Shown here piece after piece: positions 1 to 14,698 of a DNA stretch of 64,000 nucleotides (position 1 is the stretch's first letter; the number at the start of each line of letters is the position of its first letter). The DNA is from the human T2T-CHM13v2.0 reference genome, Homo sapiens: the NCBI RefSeq assembly GCF_009914755.1, contig NC_060940.1. One strand, written 5' to 3'. Under the pieces are notes generated by a model. That model worked only from the letters and a program-made list of their open reading frames with translations, did not search any database and had not been told where the DNA came from. A program made the translations under genes and the position numbers.

Positions 1-330
1 AGTTGCTAAGCACGGAGGAGGAGGCTAGCCAGGGCCTTGCCACAGACTAACTTCAAGAAAAGAGGAAAAGAGTGCACCAGCAGACTCTGGACTGAGGAGC
101 ATGTCCAACGGAGGAGGCGAGGTGTGGCCAATGGTTCTTTTGTTGATAAGAAAGACCCTGAAATTGCCTGTTGCATGGTGAGGAGAGTAGTAGATTGGAC
201 CGTAATTTTCTGGTGACCTAACAAACCAAACTAAAGCTCAAGTTTAATAGGCAATGATTCCCGTTTAAAAGGGAATTCAAATTATTTACAGTTCTCCATC
301 ATCATTTGCCTCCCTTAATCATATGGACTA

Positions 331-700
<370 letters not shown>

Positions 701-739
701 AAAGACAACAGGGATGGTGGTGGGTATGGCAAACAGGTG

Positions 740-960
740 GGCACTTATGCTGTCTACAAGGGACAGTTGCTTCCAACTCCAAACAGTTATTACCTTACAG
801 AGGTGTGGGCCCAGGATTGCAAGACTAGATTTTTCGGTGAAAGCCGCCAGTGTGACACTTTTTGAGTTTTCAGTGTTGGCAGATAATTCACTGTTTTAAA
901 ACATGCAGATAAAACTCAACTGTAGTTGGATGTACTTTACGGGTTGCTAGTTTGCACACA
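740..960. mobile_element. Decayed hAT-Charlie (MER102-like) DNA transposon fragment
   Basis: Core GGGCCCAGGATTGCAAGAC...GAAAGCC resembles copies at ~4050, ~13880 and ~37810; family from recall. Confidence 0.45.
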
Positions 961-1079
961 CTTATATACATAATGCAGAACATAAGTGGGAATATTCTAA
1001 ATAATAGACAGTGTGGAAACTTTTCTTAATAATAGTAAGAAACTGAGCCCCAAACAACTATTAATATGTTTAGATGTTT

Positions 1080-1700
1080 CCCTTTGGGTCTTTATTTACT
1101 GCATATACATTTTATATACATGTTTTAAAATAGTTGTAATCATAGGAGCCTGTGATTTTTCACTTACTGTTAGAAGCAGTTTCTTTATATGATTTATAAT
1201 GGCTACTGGATATTCCATGTAGAGGATGTATTACAATATGCAAAATCATTTCCTTATTGTTGGACCTTTAAGTTGCTTTTGATTTAACATAGTTATAAGT
1301 AATGCTGCAATTACATATTTGCTTATACCGCTTTCTCCTTTTTTTGGATTAGATCCTTAGAATCTAAAAGGAAGATTACTAAGTCAAAAGATATGAACGT
1401 TTTTATGGCTTTTGGTACATATTACCAGATTGCTTTCCAAAAGCGTTGCACCAATTTACACTGCAATCAGCAAAGTATACATTTATCCTTGAAGCATTAT
1501 TATATTTTTGAGGTTTTTCCTTCTAAACTGGTAGGTGAAAATTGGACTTCATTGATGTTTGAGTTTGCATTTCTTGAGGTTTTCCCGTTAATCTGTCGAC
1601 TAATTGTATTTGTTCTTACAACATCTGTATTTTCTAAGGTTAAATTTTGTGGAGGTTTTGTTTGCTTTGTGTATATGTGTGTATTTTTAAAGTTCTCTTT
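1080..1700 (-). mobile_element. Old L1M (L1ME-like) 3' fragment
   Basis: T-rich antisense L1 3'UTR-type phrases (CCAGATTGCTTTCCAAAAG...CCAATTTACACT, TTTGCATTTCTT); boundaries approximate. Confidence 0.65.
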
Positions 1701-2204
1701 ATAACAATTGATAAATAATTTGGGAACAGCCCCCTTGGCAAGGCCTTCCTCTAGGGGACCCCCTGTCTCAGCAGTGCTGCAGCTGCTACTTTTAACTGTG
1801 TGTTAACTCGGAGTTGGGCCAGGGCCTAAGCAGGATCCCCTTCCCGAAGAGGGGCTCTTTTGTGTCTGGTGAACCACAAGCTCAGGGCTGTATCTGCCAA
1901 TATGTTTTTGGCAGAAGCCATCTAATAAAATCCCATCCGCGCTGTTCTATGAAATGCAGTCACAAATTTGGATGATGATTGCCTGATGCCATATTTTGGT
2001 AACAGCTAATCTCCATGTCTTAGATGGTTTTTATTCATTGCCTCCCCCCTTCCCTCCTTCACCACTCTGCTTGGTGCATGTTTTAACGACAAATGATGTA
2101 TAATCTGAGTTTCATGTAGCATGGTCTAATGGAAAGGCACTGAGCCAGTCATATGGAGACAGGGGTCCTATTATTGGCACTGCCCTTTGCTTAATAATAG
2201 CTTA

Positions 2205-2333
2205 ACAACTACAACAAATATTTATCCTGTGCTGAAATGCTCTTTCAGCATTCTTCATGTATTCTTGAATCTTCCTAACAGTCCTGTTAGACAATATTAT
2301 TATCCTCGTTTAGGTGAGGAAACTAAGGCTCGG
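2205..2333 (-). mobile_element. MIR fragment
   Basis: TATTATTATCCTCGTTTAGGTGAGGAAACTAAGGCTCGGAG matches the antisense MIR core. Confidence 0.7.
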
Positions 2334-2368
2334 AGTATTGGAAATTTCCAGTACTTGTATTGGAAAGT

Positions 2369-2433
2369 ATGATATTGGACAAGTATTTTCAATACGTGTG
2401 TTGAAGATATTGGAAATACTTGTCCAATATCAT
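2369..2433. repeat. Inverted repeat, 26-bp arms (25/26 match), 13-nt loop
   Basis: ATGATATTGGACAAGTATTTTCAATA (2369-2394) vs TATTGGAAATACTTGTCCAATATCAT (2408-2433). Confidence 0.95.
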
Positions 2434-3979
2434 CCTTCATCTCTCTGAACTAAAAATGAGTTTTTTATTTCTAGTAATCTGTCTCCCCATCTGCAAAATG
2501 GAGTTGCTTCTCTTCAACTCAGAATGGTGGCATGGAACTAAAATGATGCCATGTAGATATTAAGTTGCCTTGAGTATTGAAATCCAAGACAATAAATTGG
2601 TAATAATATGTAGTTATTAACTAGTTCACCTCTGTGACTCTCAGCTTCTTCATTAATTAAATGTAGGGACTGAACCAGATTCATTTCATTGGTTACTTTC
2701 AGCTATCACATTTTCCCATCAGCCACAGACTCAAATGTTGGTGGATAAAGCCTGCGTGGTTCCCAGAGGCTGTGCATACTGCCTACATTTCAATCAGCTC
2801 TACATTTTAGGTACATCCATCCCTCTCAGCTAGTGTTCTTAGGAAGAAAATGCAAACTTTTAGGAAGGAGAAATCTCACTCTTCAGTGTTTGTGGAGAGT
2901 GCAGGGAAATTCTCTTAATGGAATAGTAGAGATACCATTGTCTGACAGCCACTGTAAAGCCATATGGAGCTGCTTGCTTTTGGCTCTGGAGATATTGTGA
3001 CCTCTTAAAATATATTTTTCTAAAAAAGGAACATGCCTTATTTCTGTTTTTCTTTATACTTCATCCCCAGGTAGGAATTTAACCAAGATGGTTAACGGAG
3101 AAAGTAAGGCATTGACTCAGCTCCATACAAAAATGCATTCTGGCTTGTTTGCATAAATATCACAGAAAAATAGGGGTTCAGGATCCCATATGGCACTTAG
3201 CCTCCTAAGCAAAGATCATCAGCCATAGACAAGAAGCAGGTGGCCTGGCATCGAGAGCAGAGGTTATTTTTGCTGCTGGGCTCCCGCCATTTCAGAGTTT
3301 AACAGTGGCAAGTCTACTCAGCAGGAGGCTGACCCCAGATGCTCTCCCCTTGTCGGACATGGAGCCGTCCCATGTCCCACCTCCACTGCTGGGAGTAAAC
3401 CTGATCAAATCTAGGCCACAGTTAGACTCCCAGATAAGTCTCTGTTTAAGCTTATTCCCATTTGCTACTTAAATACCACTTCCAAATCTGATTCATTTGG
3501 GGTGAAGTCACAGACTTAATTGTTCACCCATCCTGGGTGGCTCTTGAAAGCCTGTGATAATGATATCTTGGCATTTTCTTTTAGGTGAACCCTAGTGCAA
3601 CAGGTTGGAAAGGGCTAGTTTTGAGGATAGTGTTAGAGACCAGAGGTGTGGAAACCTGGATTCTGCCTCTGGTTCTGCCTCTCCCTAGAGCTCAGTCTCA
3701 CTGTGTGTAATATGAAGAGATTTGGACCGTGTCTGGGGTTTCAAATTCAGTTGCCAACAGGGAAGTATAAAAAATGAATGAGAAGGGAAAAGAAAGGAAG
3801 AGGGAAACCCAGTGGAAAGGTGCATGAGGGAACTTTGGGGCGAGTGTGAAAATGCATATCGTGATTGGTTGATGGTTATATGGGCATATACATTTTTCAA
3901 AACTTGTAGAACTTATACTAAAGATCTGTCCACTTTACCGTATGTAAAATAAGTGTAAAATGAGTGAAATGGACTAGGT

Positions 3980-4180
3980 AGTAAACTGCAGAGCATATAC
4001 CTCATTTAAAAGGGGCGAATGATAAGCTCTAGCCAATGGCTTCTCTTCAGAATAGAGGCCCAGTGTTGCTACATTTTCAAGTAAAGCCAGAAATTCACAT
4101 ATTTATATAAAATCTCAGGATATGTAGATTTATGGGCCCTGCTTGGTCAAACAAAATGCCAGTTTTGTGATCTCTGAACT
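3980..4180. mobile_element. MER102-like hAT fragment
   Basis: GGCCCAGTGTTGCTACATTTTCAAGTAAAGCCAGAAATTCACAT core. Confidence 0.5.
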
Positions 4181-4229
4181 TTGGGCTTCTTAATTTGAGT
4201 CTGAGGATCATTTTAGCTTCAACATTGGA

Positions 4230-4415
4230 TGATGCCGACTTGCGGTGAGACCTCAGACAAAAAGATTAAACTTGCCTACACCTCAGTTTTTTTCACCTGT
4301 AAGATGTTGATAATTCATGACTAATAGTACAGGGGTCTGATGAAGAGCATATGAGGTACCTTGTACAAAGCCACTTTGAAACATGAATAAATAACATAAA
4401 AATGCAAGTCACTAT
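4230..4415 (+). mobile_element. MIR fragment
   Basis: CCTCAGTTTTTTTCACCTGTAAGATG...ATAAT core. Confidence 0.65.
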
Positions 4416-5894
4416 TACCTTTTTTATTATTATAAAGAATTATTTCCGTTTTTAGAATTGTTATTGTTCAGAATTGAAGCACTAAACTTAGTAAAGATGG
4501 CTAATAAAAACATCAAGATTCACCATGAGTAAATGACTTGCCTGCAAATGATCATGCAAACCTTTCACTATCCTTAGAGGGGAATGTTTCTGTTGTGTGT
4601 GACAAGAAGAAAAGGCATTTCATTTGTACAGCTACTCATATAAATTGCAAAAACCATGGGAGCTGAAGTCCAAGGTACAGCAATAGCATATAACGAAATG
4701 AACTTGATGCTGTATTAAAGATTCTTTGTCACACGCACTCACTGCCTAGGAGTCGTAATGCTCCCAGCCTTGTCACTGACATTTTGTGAACAAGCAGCCT
4801 GTATTGGATGGTGATAAATGGATTATCTTAAATGTCATTCTGCACTGTTTTAGAGTTGCAAAGAGAGTTTTGATATTGAGTTTTTGGTTAGTATATTCTG
4901 TATCAATCCTTTCTGATGAAATAATCTCCTCAAGTTACATCCAGAAATGTCAAAGTTGCTTATTTCTTCAATCACCCATAGCAATGTTTCCATTACAACG
5001 TATGCAGAGAAGATTGTGTAATAATGTCAAACTATTTATAGAAACATTTCCTAGGAATCTCTACTCTCCTTGAGTTGTTTGTGTATTTAATACTAGAGAT
5101 TTGTTTTTATATGTATATATATATTTCTATTTCTAAATTGACTTCAGCTGAGGATGTTGTACTTTAGTTTTTATATAGAGCACATTGAAAACTTGGTAAT
5201 ATTAGCATTCGACAACTAAAACTAAAGCCACGCTAACATTTTGTAAATAGAAAGAGTCACGTATTTTGGTTTTAAATATTGTAAGTTTTTTTTTTTTTGG
5301 TGTTGCAGTTGCAGCTGTGTCCTAAAGGTTGTAAGGTTGTTATATTCATAACAAATTTAAACCTATTTATTTAGTCTAAAGTAGTATGGAATACTTTGCC
5401 CAAAGAAGTTTTCATATTTATTTTATGCTAATTTCTCCATTATTTTATCTTTAATATTTTTTGACTTTCCAAATTTAATACAATTATTGCTATTACACAG
5501 AATTTAGTCATTTGTATAAAGATTTGGTCTGGTGGACTTGTGTGGAAAGAAGCACAAAATAGATTTTGAAAGCATATCTCACATTTTACTTGGCAAAGTT
5601 ATTCTAAATATTGGCTTTCTTCCCTAAAGATAAGATCTTTCTAGATACAGATATTGAAAATACTCAGTTAGCATATACCGAGTGGCTCCCTTCAGACTCT
5701 CTGTACTCTACGAATCTTACCCTCATCCTGTCATTCTACAGTCCTCAAAAAAAAAAGACATGTAATTTATATTTTAAAAATCCAAACAATATAAATAATA
5801 TTAGATTGGACCATATAAAATTACTATTTTTTGTAGATCCAAACAGTCACATAGGAGCAATTTTATGTGGCTCACCCAAGCAATGAAGATTTAT

Positions 5895-6090
5895 ATTGTA
5901 TTTACTACATGCCAAACATGTGCTGGATGTATATGAATTCATATACTGATTATAGCAACCCTATGAGTAGGTGCTATTATTTCCCCTAACCTACAGATGA
6001 AAACTTTGAGGCACAGATTGATTAAGTAAGTATCAGAACCAGGCAGCCTGCCACCAGAGTCTTTGCTGATCATCAGGACTCTGTGCTACC
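5895..6090 (-). mobile_element. MIR
   Basis: CAACCCTATGAGTAGGTGCTATTATTTCCCC...ACAGATGAAAACTTTGAGGCACAGA. Confidence 0.8.
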
Positions 6091-6229
6091 TCTCCAAAAT
6101 AGCAAAGTTCCCTGGCTCTCCCACCCCAGTGTAGTGCTTTTCACTGTAAAAATTTAATGATGTCTTTCATCTTACATGTCTTAATGTGATATTCCTTTCA
6201 GCTATTCTAATCAAATATATTATTCTTTT

Positions 6230-7700
6230 CTCTTACAGTTTTTGTGCATTATATCTTTCTTAAGATCAACTTTCTTTAAAAACTATGTTTTTAAAGAAAT
6301 TCACTTTAATGGAATTCTGATGCTTTCATAGTTTTGTTTTCAGTGTTTACCTATTTAATCCACCTGAACTTTACTTTTGTGACTGGTTGTTGAGTAGGGA
6401 TTAACTTTATTATTAGGTTTTCAAATGGACGGGCAATTGGCACAACACCTTTTATGGAATAAACCATTCTTGCCTCCACTGATTTGAAAAGACACTTTTA
6501 TCATATACTAAATTTGCAGAAATTTATGTGTCAGGTTTTTTTTTGCCTAATTACCAAAACTTTGTGTGTTTTTAGATATTATAGGGCCTTCCCTCCTCCA
6601 TTTTCTTTTTAGAAAATTTCGTTAACTGTTTTCATGCCCTTTTTGTCAGATGAATCTTAGATTCCGATAGTCAGATTCCATAAAAAATTTTAAATCCTGT
6701 TGGCATTTTAATATAAATGCATTGAATTTATAGGTATATATGTTGGAGAATTTTTTAAATGTCACCTCATCTATTAACATGTTTTATTTCTTCATTTATT
6801 TATGTCATCTTTTGTGTTCTTAAATGAGTTTTAAAATTTTCTTCACATTCTCCTTTATTTCTAGATATTTGTGTTTATTGCTGTTGTAATGGAATTACAG
6901 ATATGTCTGGTAGCTGTTGAGTTTTTGCATTCATATAGTTACCTTACTAAATTTTATTAGTTCTGGTAGTTTTTCATTTGATTCTTCTGGAATTTCTAAG
7001 TAAGGAATTAAATAATCCAAAATAAAATGATGTTGCCTTTCTCTCTCCAATGTACTTTTGTTGGTCTCTTTTTCCTGTCTTGGCTGATATTTTTTGGAAT
7101 AATGTTAACTAGTAGTAGGGATAATAGGCACCCTTTGATTTTTTTTCCTGTTGTTAATTAGGATATTTCAAAAGTTTTGCAGTTAACCTGGAGATTTGCT
7201 GAGATTTCTGATCAATATCCTTTATTAAGTAAAATAATTCTTATTCTCTTTAATTCTCTTTAATGGTTGTTGCATTTAATCAGATATTGTTTTGAGGGGA
7301 GGAGGTTATCTACTGAGATGATGACATGGGTTTTCTCCTTTGTTCTTTAAATGTGGCCTATTACATTATTGGATCTTATATTGTTGAATCATCTTTCCAT
7401 TTCTGAAATAGAGCTTACTGTATCTTGAGGTAATATATGCAGGAACTTAATTTGGTGACATTTTATATATAATTTTCTATAGGTGATATTTTTCTATAGC
7501 AGTATTTTCTGATGCTCTCTGACCCTGGTTAACAGGTCTCAGTAGAACTCATTCATTCCTAACATTTCTGTGATGTTACTGTTTTGAAGCTTATCCAAAG
7601 CTTGATTGGCTTTTGATTATTTTAGCATTAAGGCTTTTGCATGCAATTTCCCTCAAATCTTTGAAGTTTATTTCTGTTTATAGCTTTCCTTAGGAAAGGC
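6230..7700 (-). mobile_element. Old L1M fragment (decayed ORF2 region, antisense)
   Basis: Long T-rich stretch with antisense L1 ORF2-type phrases (GCATTGAATTTATAG, AATAATGTTAACTAGTAG, TCTACTGAGATGATGACATGGGTTTTCTCCTTT); boundaries approximate. Confidence 0.7.
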
Positions 7701-7942
7701 ATGAGTTTACTCTTTCAACTTTTTTGCTCTTGCCTCCTATCTTCTTTATGGGGAGAGAGTATACATATTTCTTTGAAGCATGATGAGTATAAATATTTCT
7801 TTGACATCTTTATGAAACCTGGAATTGTCTCTTTTCATTTGGAAAGAAATAAACTTTTCTTGCTCATCATTCTTTATGCATAAAACTATAGTTTTAGTTA
7901 GTCCTGATTTATATGCAGTGTTCCCCTAGAAAGAGATATTTA

Positions 7943-8155
7943 TTTATTTATTTATAGACAGGGTCTTGCTTTGGTGTTCAGGTTGGAATGCAGTGCTGCA
8001 ATCATAGCTCACTGCAGCCTCAAACTCCTGGGCTCAGAGGATCCTCCTACCTGTCTCCCAGGTAGCAAGTACTACAGGCATGCACCACTATGACTGGCTA
8101 ATTTTTAAAAAAATTTTTTTTGTAGAGATAGGGGTCTCACTGTATTGCCCAGGCT
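7943..8155 (-). mobile_element. AluJ, 5'-truncated
   Basis: Antisense Alu right arm plus part of left arm; TSD AGATATTTA at 7934-7942 and 8156-8164. Confidence 0.92.
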
Positions 8156-8793
8156 AGATATTTAGTATTTTATAATGAGAAACAGTGAGGTTAGAGAAGA
8201 CACTATTGTTTCATTTTATGCATGTATGTCACCCTTGGCAAATATCACTAATCTCGATGCACATTTTCCTTCTAAACTTGTATATAGCCTTCTTAACATG
8301 GCACACCAAATAGTTACTACCAATTGATTGGTACTTGCAATTTAAATGAGACCTATTTGCACCCCCTAGTATGGAAACAGCAGTCTTTGGATGCCAGGAG
8401 TCCTAAGCTTTCAGTCTCTAATTTGCAGTGTGAAACATCAAGCTATTTCAAAATTTAATCTTAGTTTTCACAGCTATACAATGAAGAGATTAAACTGGAT
8501 AATATAATGGATTTTCTGATTCTGTTTACATATGCTCCTTCATTATTTCAGGGCCAAACATCGTTTTAGGTTTTGTAAATTACGACTAAACTGTGTATTT
8601 GTAACTTTATTATTACTATTTTGTTGTTTTCTTGTTCATTTGTGGTTTTGAGATTGTAAATACATCTGCCATTTAGCTAATTCTCTTTTGTGGCCAAGTA
8701 CTTTTTCTTACTTTTAAAATTAATAAAGGCTCATTGTAGAAAATTTGAAAATTGTAGAAAAGCACAAAAGGAAAATAAAAATTACCCATAATC

Positions 8794-9088
<295 letters not shown>

Positions 9089-9612
9089 AAAAAGTACCCA
9101 TAATCCTACCACCCAGAAGGTTAACATTTGGTTATGATTAGAAATATTTCTGTTTTTAAAATCGTTATACTCTTTTTCATAGAATATTATTACATACATC
9201 ACTGAAAAATAATTTTCCTCAATATATACAATCATTTATTTTTATCATATCTCTTTAGGGTTTCACTTTTAAATATTATGACAGACATCCTTTTATAAGA
9301 ATCTTTGAGGCTTTCTTGAACAGATTCCTAGATATGGAATTACTAGGTAAAGGAGAGTGTACATTGTAAGTTCCTAACAAATTACAGGTTCTTGAAAAAT
9401 ATATCTGGAATGGATGTTTGAATAAAATATTGCCAATTTGATTTCTAGAAAGATGGACCAATTTACAGATTCATCAAGAGAGAATGCCTCTCCCATCTCA
9501 AGTTTGGCAGCATGGAATATTACAGTTTGAAAACATCTTTTCCAATTTTATGGACTAAAAGTAACAGAATTTCTTTATCACTACTGTGATTGGATCTTTT
9601 TTATGTTTATGG

Positions 9613-9613
<1 letters not shown>

Positions 9614-9657
<44 letters not shown>
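9614..9657. repeat. (TG)n/(CG)n microsatellite
   Basis: About 44 bp of alternating purine-pyrimidine; Z-DNA-prone. Confidence 0.95.
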
Positions 9658-11120
9658 AATTTCTTGTCCTCTACATTTTCCCCTTCCTTTTGTGGCGTAC
9701 ATGTTAACTGTTAACAGCTGCAGTGCCTATGAGCTCATTATCAAAGTGTTGCTCCATAATTTACAATTATACCTAACTTTGGGGGCAAAATCCCAATTTG
9801 GAGGTCAAAAAGAGACCAAAGTCTCTGTACATCTCACATGACTTTACTTGCATTAACTTTGCCTTCCTAAATTACAGTCTATAATTAAGAAGTGCTAGTC
9901 TCCTGGCCAGCTCTTATGGTTATTTTTGAAGCTCCTTGGGTGCTTGCACCCTTCCAGAGGGCTGTTACTTTGCCCCCTCTCTGGAAGCTCATTTGCTTCC
10001 ACAGGAAGCCTTAAGCCAAAGCACATTGGCTTATTCAATCTGGTGTCTGGATCTTAAAACCTGGCTTCTCAGTTTATGATGCTCACCAGTAAAACACTCA
10101 TGGCTCTTCTTGCCATGAAGCGAACCAGGCTTGCTTAGCTTAGCTTCATGTGTGGCCTTCGTGAATCAAAATAAGAAGAAGGTAGAACTAGTCCCACCCT
10201 TAAGTCAAGAAGAACTGGTTAGTCATGAAGTGAAGCCACATGACTTTGCTCTTTTCTATTATGTCTTCTAATTGTTTCTGACAAGAATCCCTGGATTTCT
10301 CTCACACTCTTCTAGCTTGATGCTATTGGGCTCCTTTTACCGAACAATTGTGAAATTAGTAACTAACCTCTGCTTGCTGATGAGATTGTTTGACAGCCGT
10401 TTGCTACCTGGAAACCAGAATGGCTGGAAAGAGACCTGTTTATGCATTTTTCATGTTAAATGCTAGGCAAAGAGGTTATACCCTACATGTGGACTCTAAG
10501 CTAAGGAAGCTGACACGTGGGGAGGGAAAAGGGCTGAAATCCAATGCATACGCCCCTCTTCAATCCTGGGAGATTGTATTTGCCCGTCAGAGGCACCTTT
10601 TTCTAATTTGCCCAGAGGTGCTGAAAAGGCGGCTGAGGCCCTGCTCAACTGCCTGAACAACTTACAGAAGCACCTCTCCTTCCAACCAGGTTAGGATCCA
10701 AAAAGCTGTATGTAAAACCTCTTGTTTATAAATCCAAGGTGGCATTAAGCAGCCACTGGGAGTATGATCTGTTAGGGACAGGCTTTTGCTCCAGTATTTA
10801 GGCTTGTTCTTATCAGTAAATCTAAATAGAAAGTTCCTAAGTAAAGAAGCTTCCGTATTTAAATAGCTCAAAATACGACAGCCTTATTTTTTTAATAGCG
10901 GCATTGTTTCTCTTTCCCAAAGCAACCATAACTGAGACAGGATTAGATGCAAAAACCACTTGCTGATACAGTTTAGAATTGCAAAATTCTAAATTCCAAC
11001 AGATTCATATTATACACAAGTATAAACAGAGTGTAGCCAGTTTTCCTCAAAGAGATAACATGGGTTCTCCACAGTATTTTTGACCCAACAAGCCATTATT
11101 AAATTTGGAGAGAAATTTTT

Positions 11121-11411
11121 GCCTGGGAACCTTGGCTCACACCTGTAATCCAGCATTTTGGGAGGCTGAGGCAGGAGGATCACTTGAGGCCAAAAGTTTT
11201 GAGACCAGCCTGGGCAGCATAGCAATGCTCTGTCCATACAACAAGTTTAAAAATTAGCTGGGTATGGTGGTGTGTGCCTGTAGGCCCAGCTAATCAGAAG
11301 GCTGAGGCGGGAGGATCGCGTGAACCCAGGAGGTTGAAGCTGCAATAAGCCATGGTTGTGCCACTGCATTCCAGCCTAGGCAACAGAGCAAGACCCCATC
11401 TCTAAAACAAA
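11121..11411 (+). mobile_element. AluJ
   Basis: Dimeric Alu with J-type features (GGAGGATCACTTGAGGCC, GGGAGGATCGCGTGAACC). Confidence 0.93.
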
Positions 11412-11568
11412 TGGGAGTAGAGTTCTAATGGCATCCAAAGGTAAAGGCCCATATTCCCTGGTGTTCCCCAAATCATTGCAACAAAAAAGCAAAGCCATTT
11501 ACCCTCTAAGTAATGTCAGTAAACAATGAAGGAAAACCTGAAGCCTTCCTGCTTAAGAGCCATTCTGA

Positions 11569-12172
<604 letters not shown>

Positions 12173-13799
12173 ACAAGACATTCTTAGCTTCATTTCAATA
12201 TCTCCATCCTAAGCCTTAGAGAAAACTTCAGTCCTCACCTCACCACATTCTGTTATTAGAAGGCATTAAGAAGGAGGTGTTCTAAGTTCTTCTCAACCTT
12301 ATTGAGGATGAAGGTGAAGGGTTGTACCCTTACAATAGGGCATGGTATACCTCCAATACACCTCTTTTCTTTTGTCTGCCCATGTTTGTGACTATGATGT
12401 CCTAAAGCACTTTATGTGAGACTTAGATTTTCTTTTTTCATGGTGTAAGTTAAATATGAAGTAATCTTGATTAGGCCTTTTGTTCACAGAACCAATGAAC
12501 TGATGAAAACCTTGATGATATTCATGTGTCTAATGTTATCATCGGAGGGGTTTCAGTGAAACAGCTTAACTTTAGGTTCAGAGAGGTTTCATTCTCACAC
12601 CAGATCCAGAAGTTACTATTATAATACCTGCTTGCATGAACTTGTTCATGGTACTCACTGGTACAAATTTATGGCTTCAAGTGATAGAATGCTCAGTAAT
12701 ATTGCCCTCTTGGAAGCTGTGCCCAAGAAACTTAGTTTCCTAACTGGGCTCTGCAGCTGTTGAAACTTCATCACCTTTCACCTGAATCTCTACAATGCTT
12801 TGCAAATGAGGAGCTGGTGAGAAAAATATGCAGCTCGAAGCTGGCAAAGTTTTAAGTGGGTAAAGCTTGCAGTGTTAAGATCATAGCCCCAAATTACTTA
12901 AGGGCTTCTGCTAACATGAAAATAAGACTCTTGACTGCTGAGAGATTGGATATTCAGATAGATTTTTTTATGAAGGAAATAAATATTTCAACATGCAAAC
13001 ACTACCCAAGCGGGTAGTGATGCTTCAAAACAGGGTCAGAGGTCAGGTTTTTTTCTGTTTGTGTTTTTTGGGATGGCTCCAAGTTTAAAGGTATTACACA
13101 TCACTACCTACCCCGAGCCTCACATGGTAAAGTAATTACTGCTAGCTAGCGGAAAATATGTACATTCATTTTTATTTCCAAAGATCCTGAGATTTCTCTC
13201 TGCGCTTTTTGTGGTCCTCATTATAAAAAATATATCATGAAGAATGATGGTTTTTCTCCATCCTAACGGTAAAAGAGTCAAGCTGAAAATGCATGTCTGA
13301 TACTCAACTTTTTTAACAAACTTAATTTTGGAGGAATAAATAAGCATAGAATGTATTTATTCTTTAGAGAATAGTAGAGTTCATTTTTATAGTTTGCCTT
13401 TAAAACATGCAACAGACCCCTAGGGTATTGGATAATTTTTAGAGGAGATGCTGACCTGGTGGTCAGCCATTTTGACGGAACTGGGGCCCAGGATATCTTC
13501 AGGCAAGCATAAAGATGTGTGGCATACATTGTTCTGAAACTTAAACACTGACTTTCTCAGTGGAGTGGAATTTGGGTGACTGTTGGAATTGCTAAACAGG
13601 ACTTAGAGTTTCAGAAACCCTTTTCTCTCTGCCTTCAAGTAGGGAAAATAATTATTTGCTGAGCAATTAATTCGAATTCACAAACACACACACACACACA
13701 CATCAGATATGGTAAGCTCAGATCTCTGCAGAAGCCGGCAGGTAATGTCAACGAGTGAAGCAGGGGTTGGTGTAATACATTAGGGAGTTGTGGGGACAA

Positions 13800-14060
13800 G
13801 AAAGAACTAGAAAGCACACCCCCGGTCTAAGAGGACAACCAGCACTCTGCTCCCAGCCAGCTGCTGCCATGAGAGAATATGGGCCCACTGTTGTGTACGG
13901 CTCAGGGTTTTTGTTTTCTGTTTTTCCAAAAGAAGCCAGAAATCCAGATGTTTGTATGAAAGGTATTTTTATAAAAATTTTGACAACTAATATAAAACAC
14001 TATTTGAAAATGTATTTGAGGGCTAGCTTTGGCCTACAAGCCACTAGGTTGTAACTTCAG
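13800..14060. mobile_element. MER102-like hAT fragment
   Basis: GAATATGGGCCCACTGTTG...AAGAAGCCAGAAATCCAGATG core. Confidence 0.5.
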
Positions 14061-14399
14061 CTTTCAAAAATTGCAAAAGGTAGAGCCAGCTGCTTAGTGG
14101 CCATACCTTCTCATTCTCCAAGGGAGGTGTTTGGAGCCTGGTGCATTCTAAACAATGACTGTTCTGTGGCTTAAAACCCTATTGTGAAGAACACAGTTAC
14201 TCTGAAATTGAGGGCAGCTTGTCTCATTTATATCATTTCTTTTTAGTGACACAGATCCTTCGTTAAGGCCAACTTTTAAGGGAGTCAAGTTGCAGAAAAG
14301 TTTACAGGGCATAACCACCCTCACCTTGCTTTTCTTACTGACTTTTAACCATCACAAAGTAATTACTTTCCCTCCTCTATCCCTCCCTTGGAATGGGTC

Positions 14400-14698
14400 T
14401 TTTTTTTTTTTTTTTTTTTTTTTTTTGACTCACTCTCTCGCCCAGGCTGGAATACAATGATGCCATGATGGCTCACTGCAGACTCGACCTCCCCAGCTCA
14501 AGTGATCCTCCCACCTCAGCCTCCTGAGTAGCAGGGTCTACAGCGCCCACCACGATACCTGACTACTTTGTATTTTTTTGCAGAGACAGGGTCTTGCCAT
14601 GTTGCCTAGCCTGGTCTCAAACTCCTGGGCTCAAGCCATCCTCCTGCCCCAACCTCCCAAAGTATTGGGATTACTGGCGTGAGCTACTGTGCCCATCC
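14400..14698 (-). mobile_element. AluJ
   Basis: Long poly(T) followed by an antisense Alu dimer. Confidence 0.95.
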
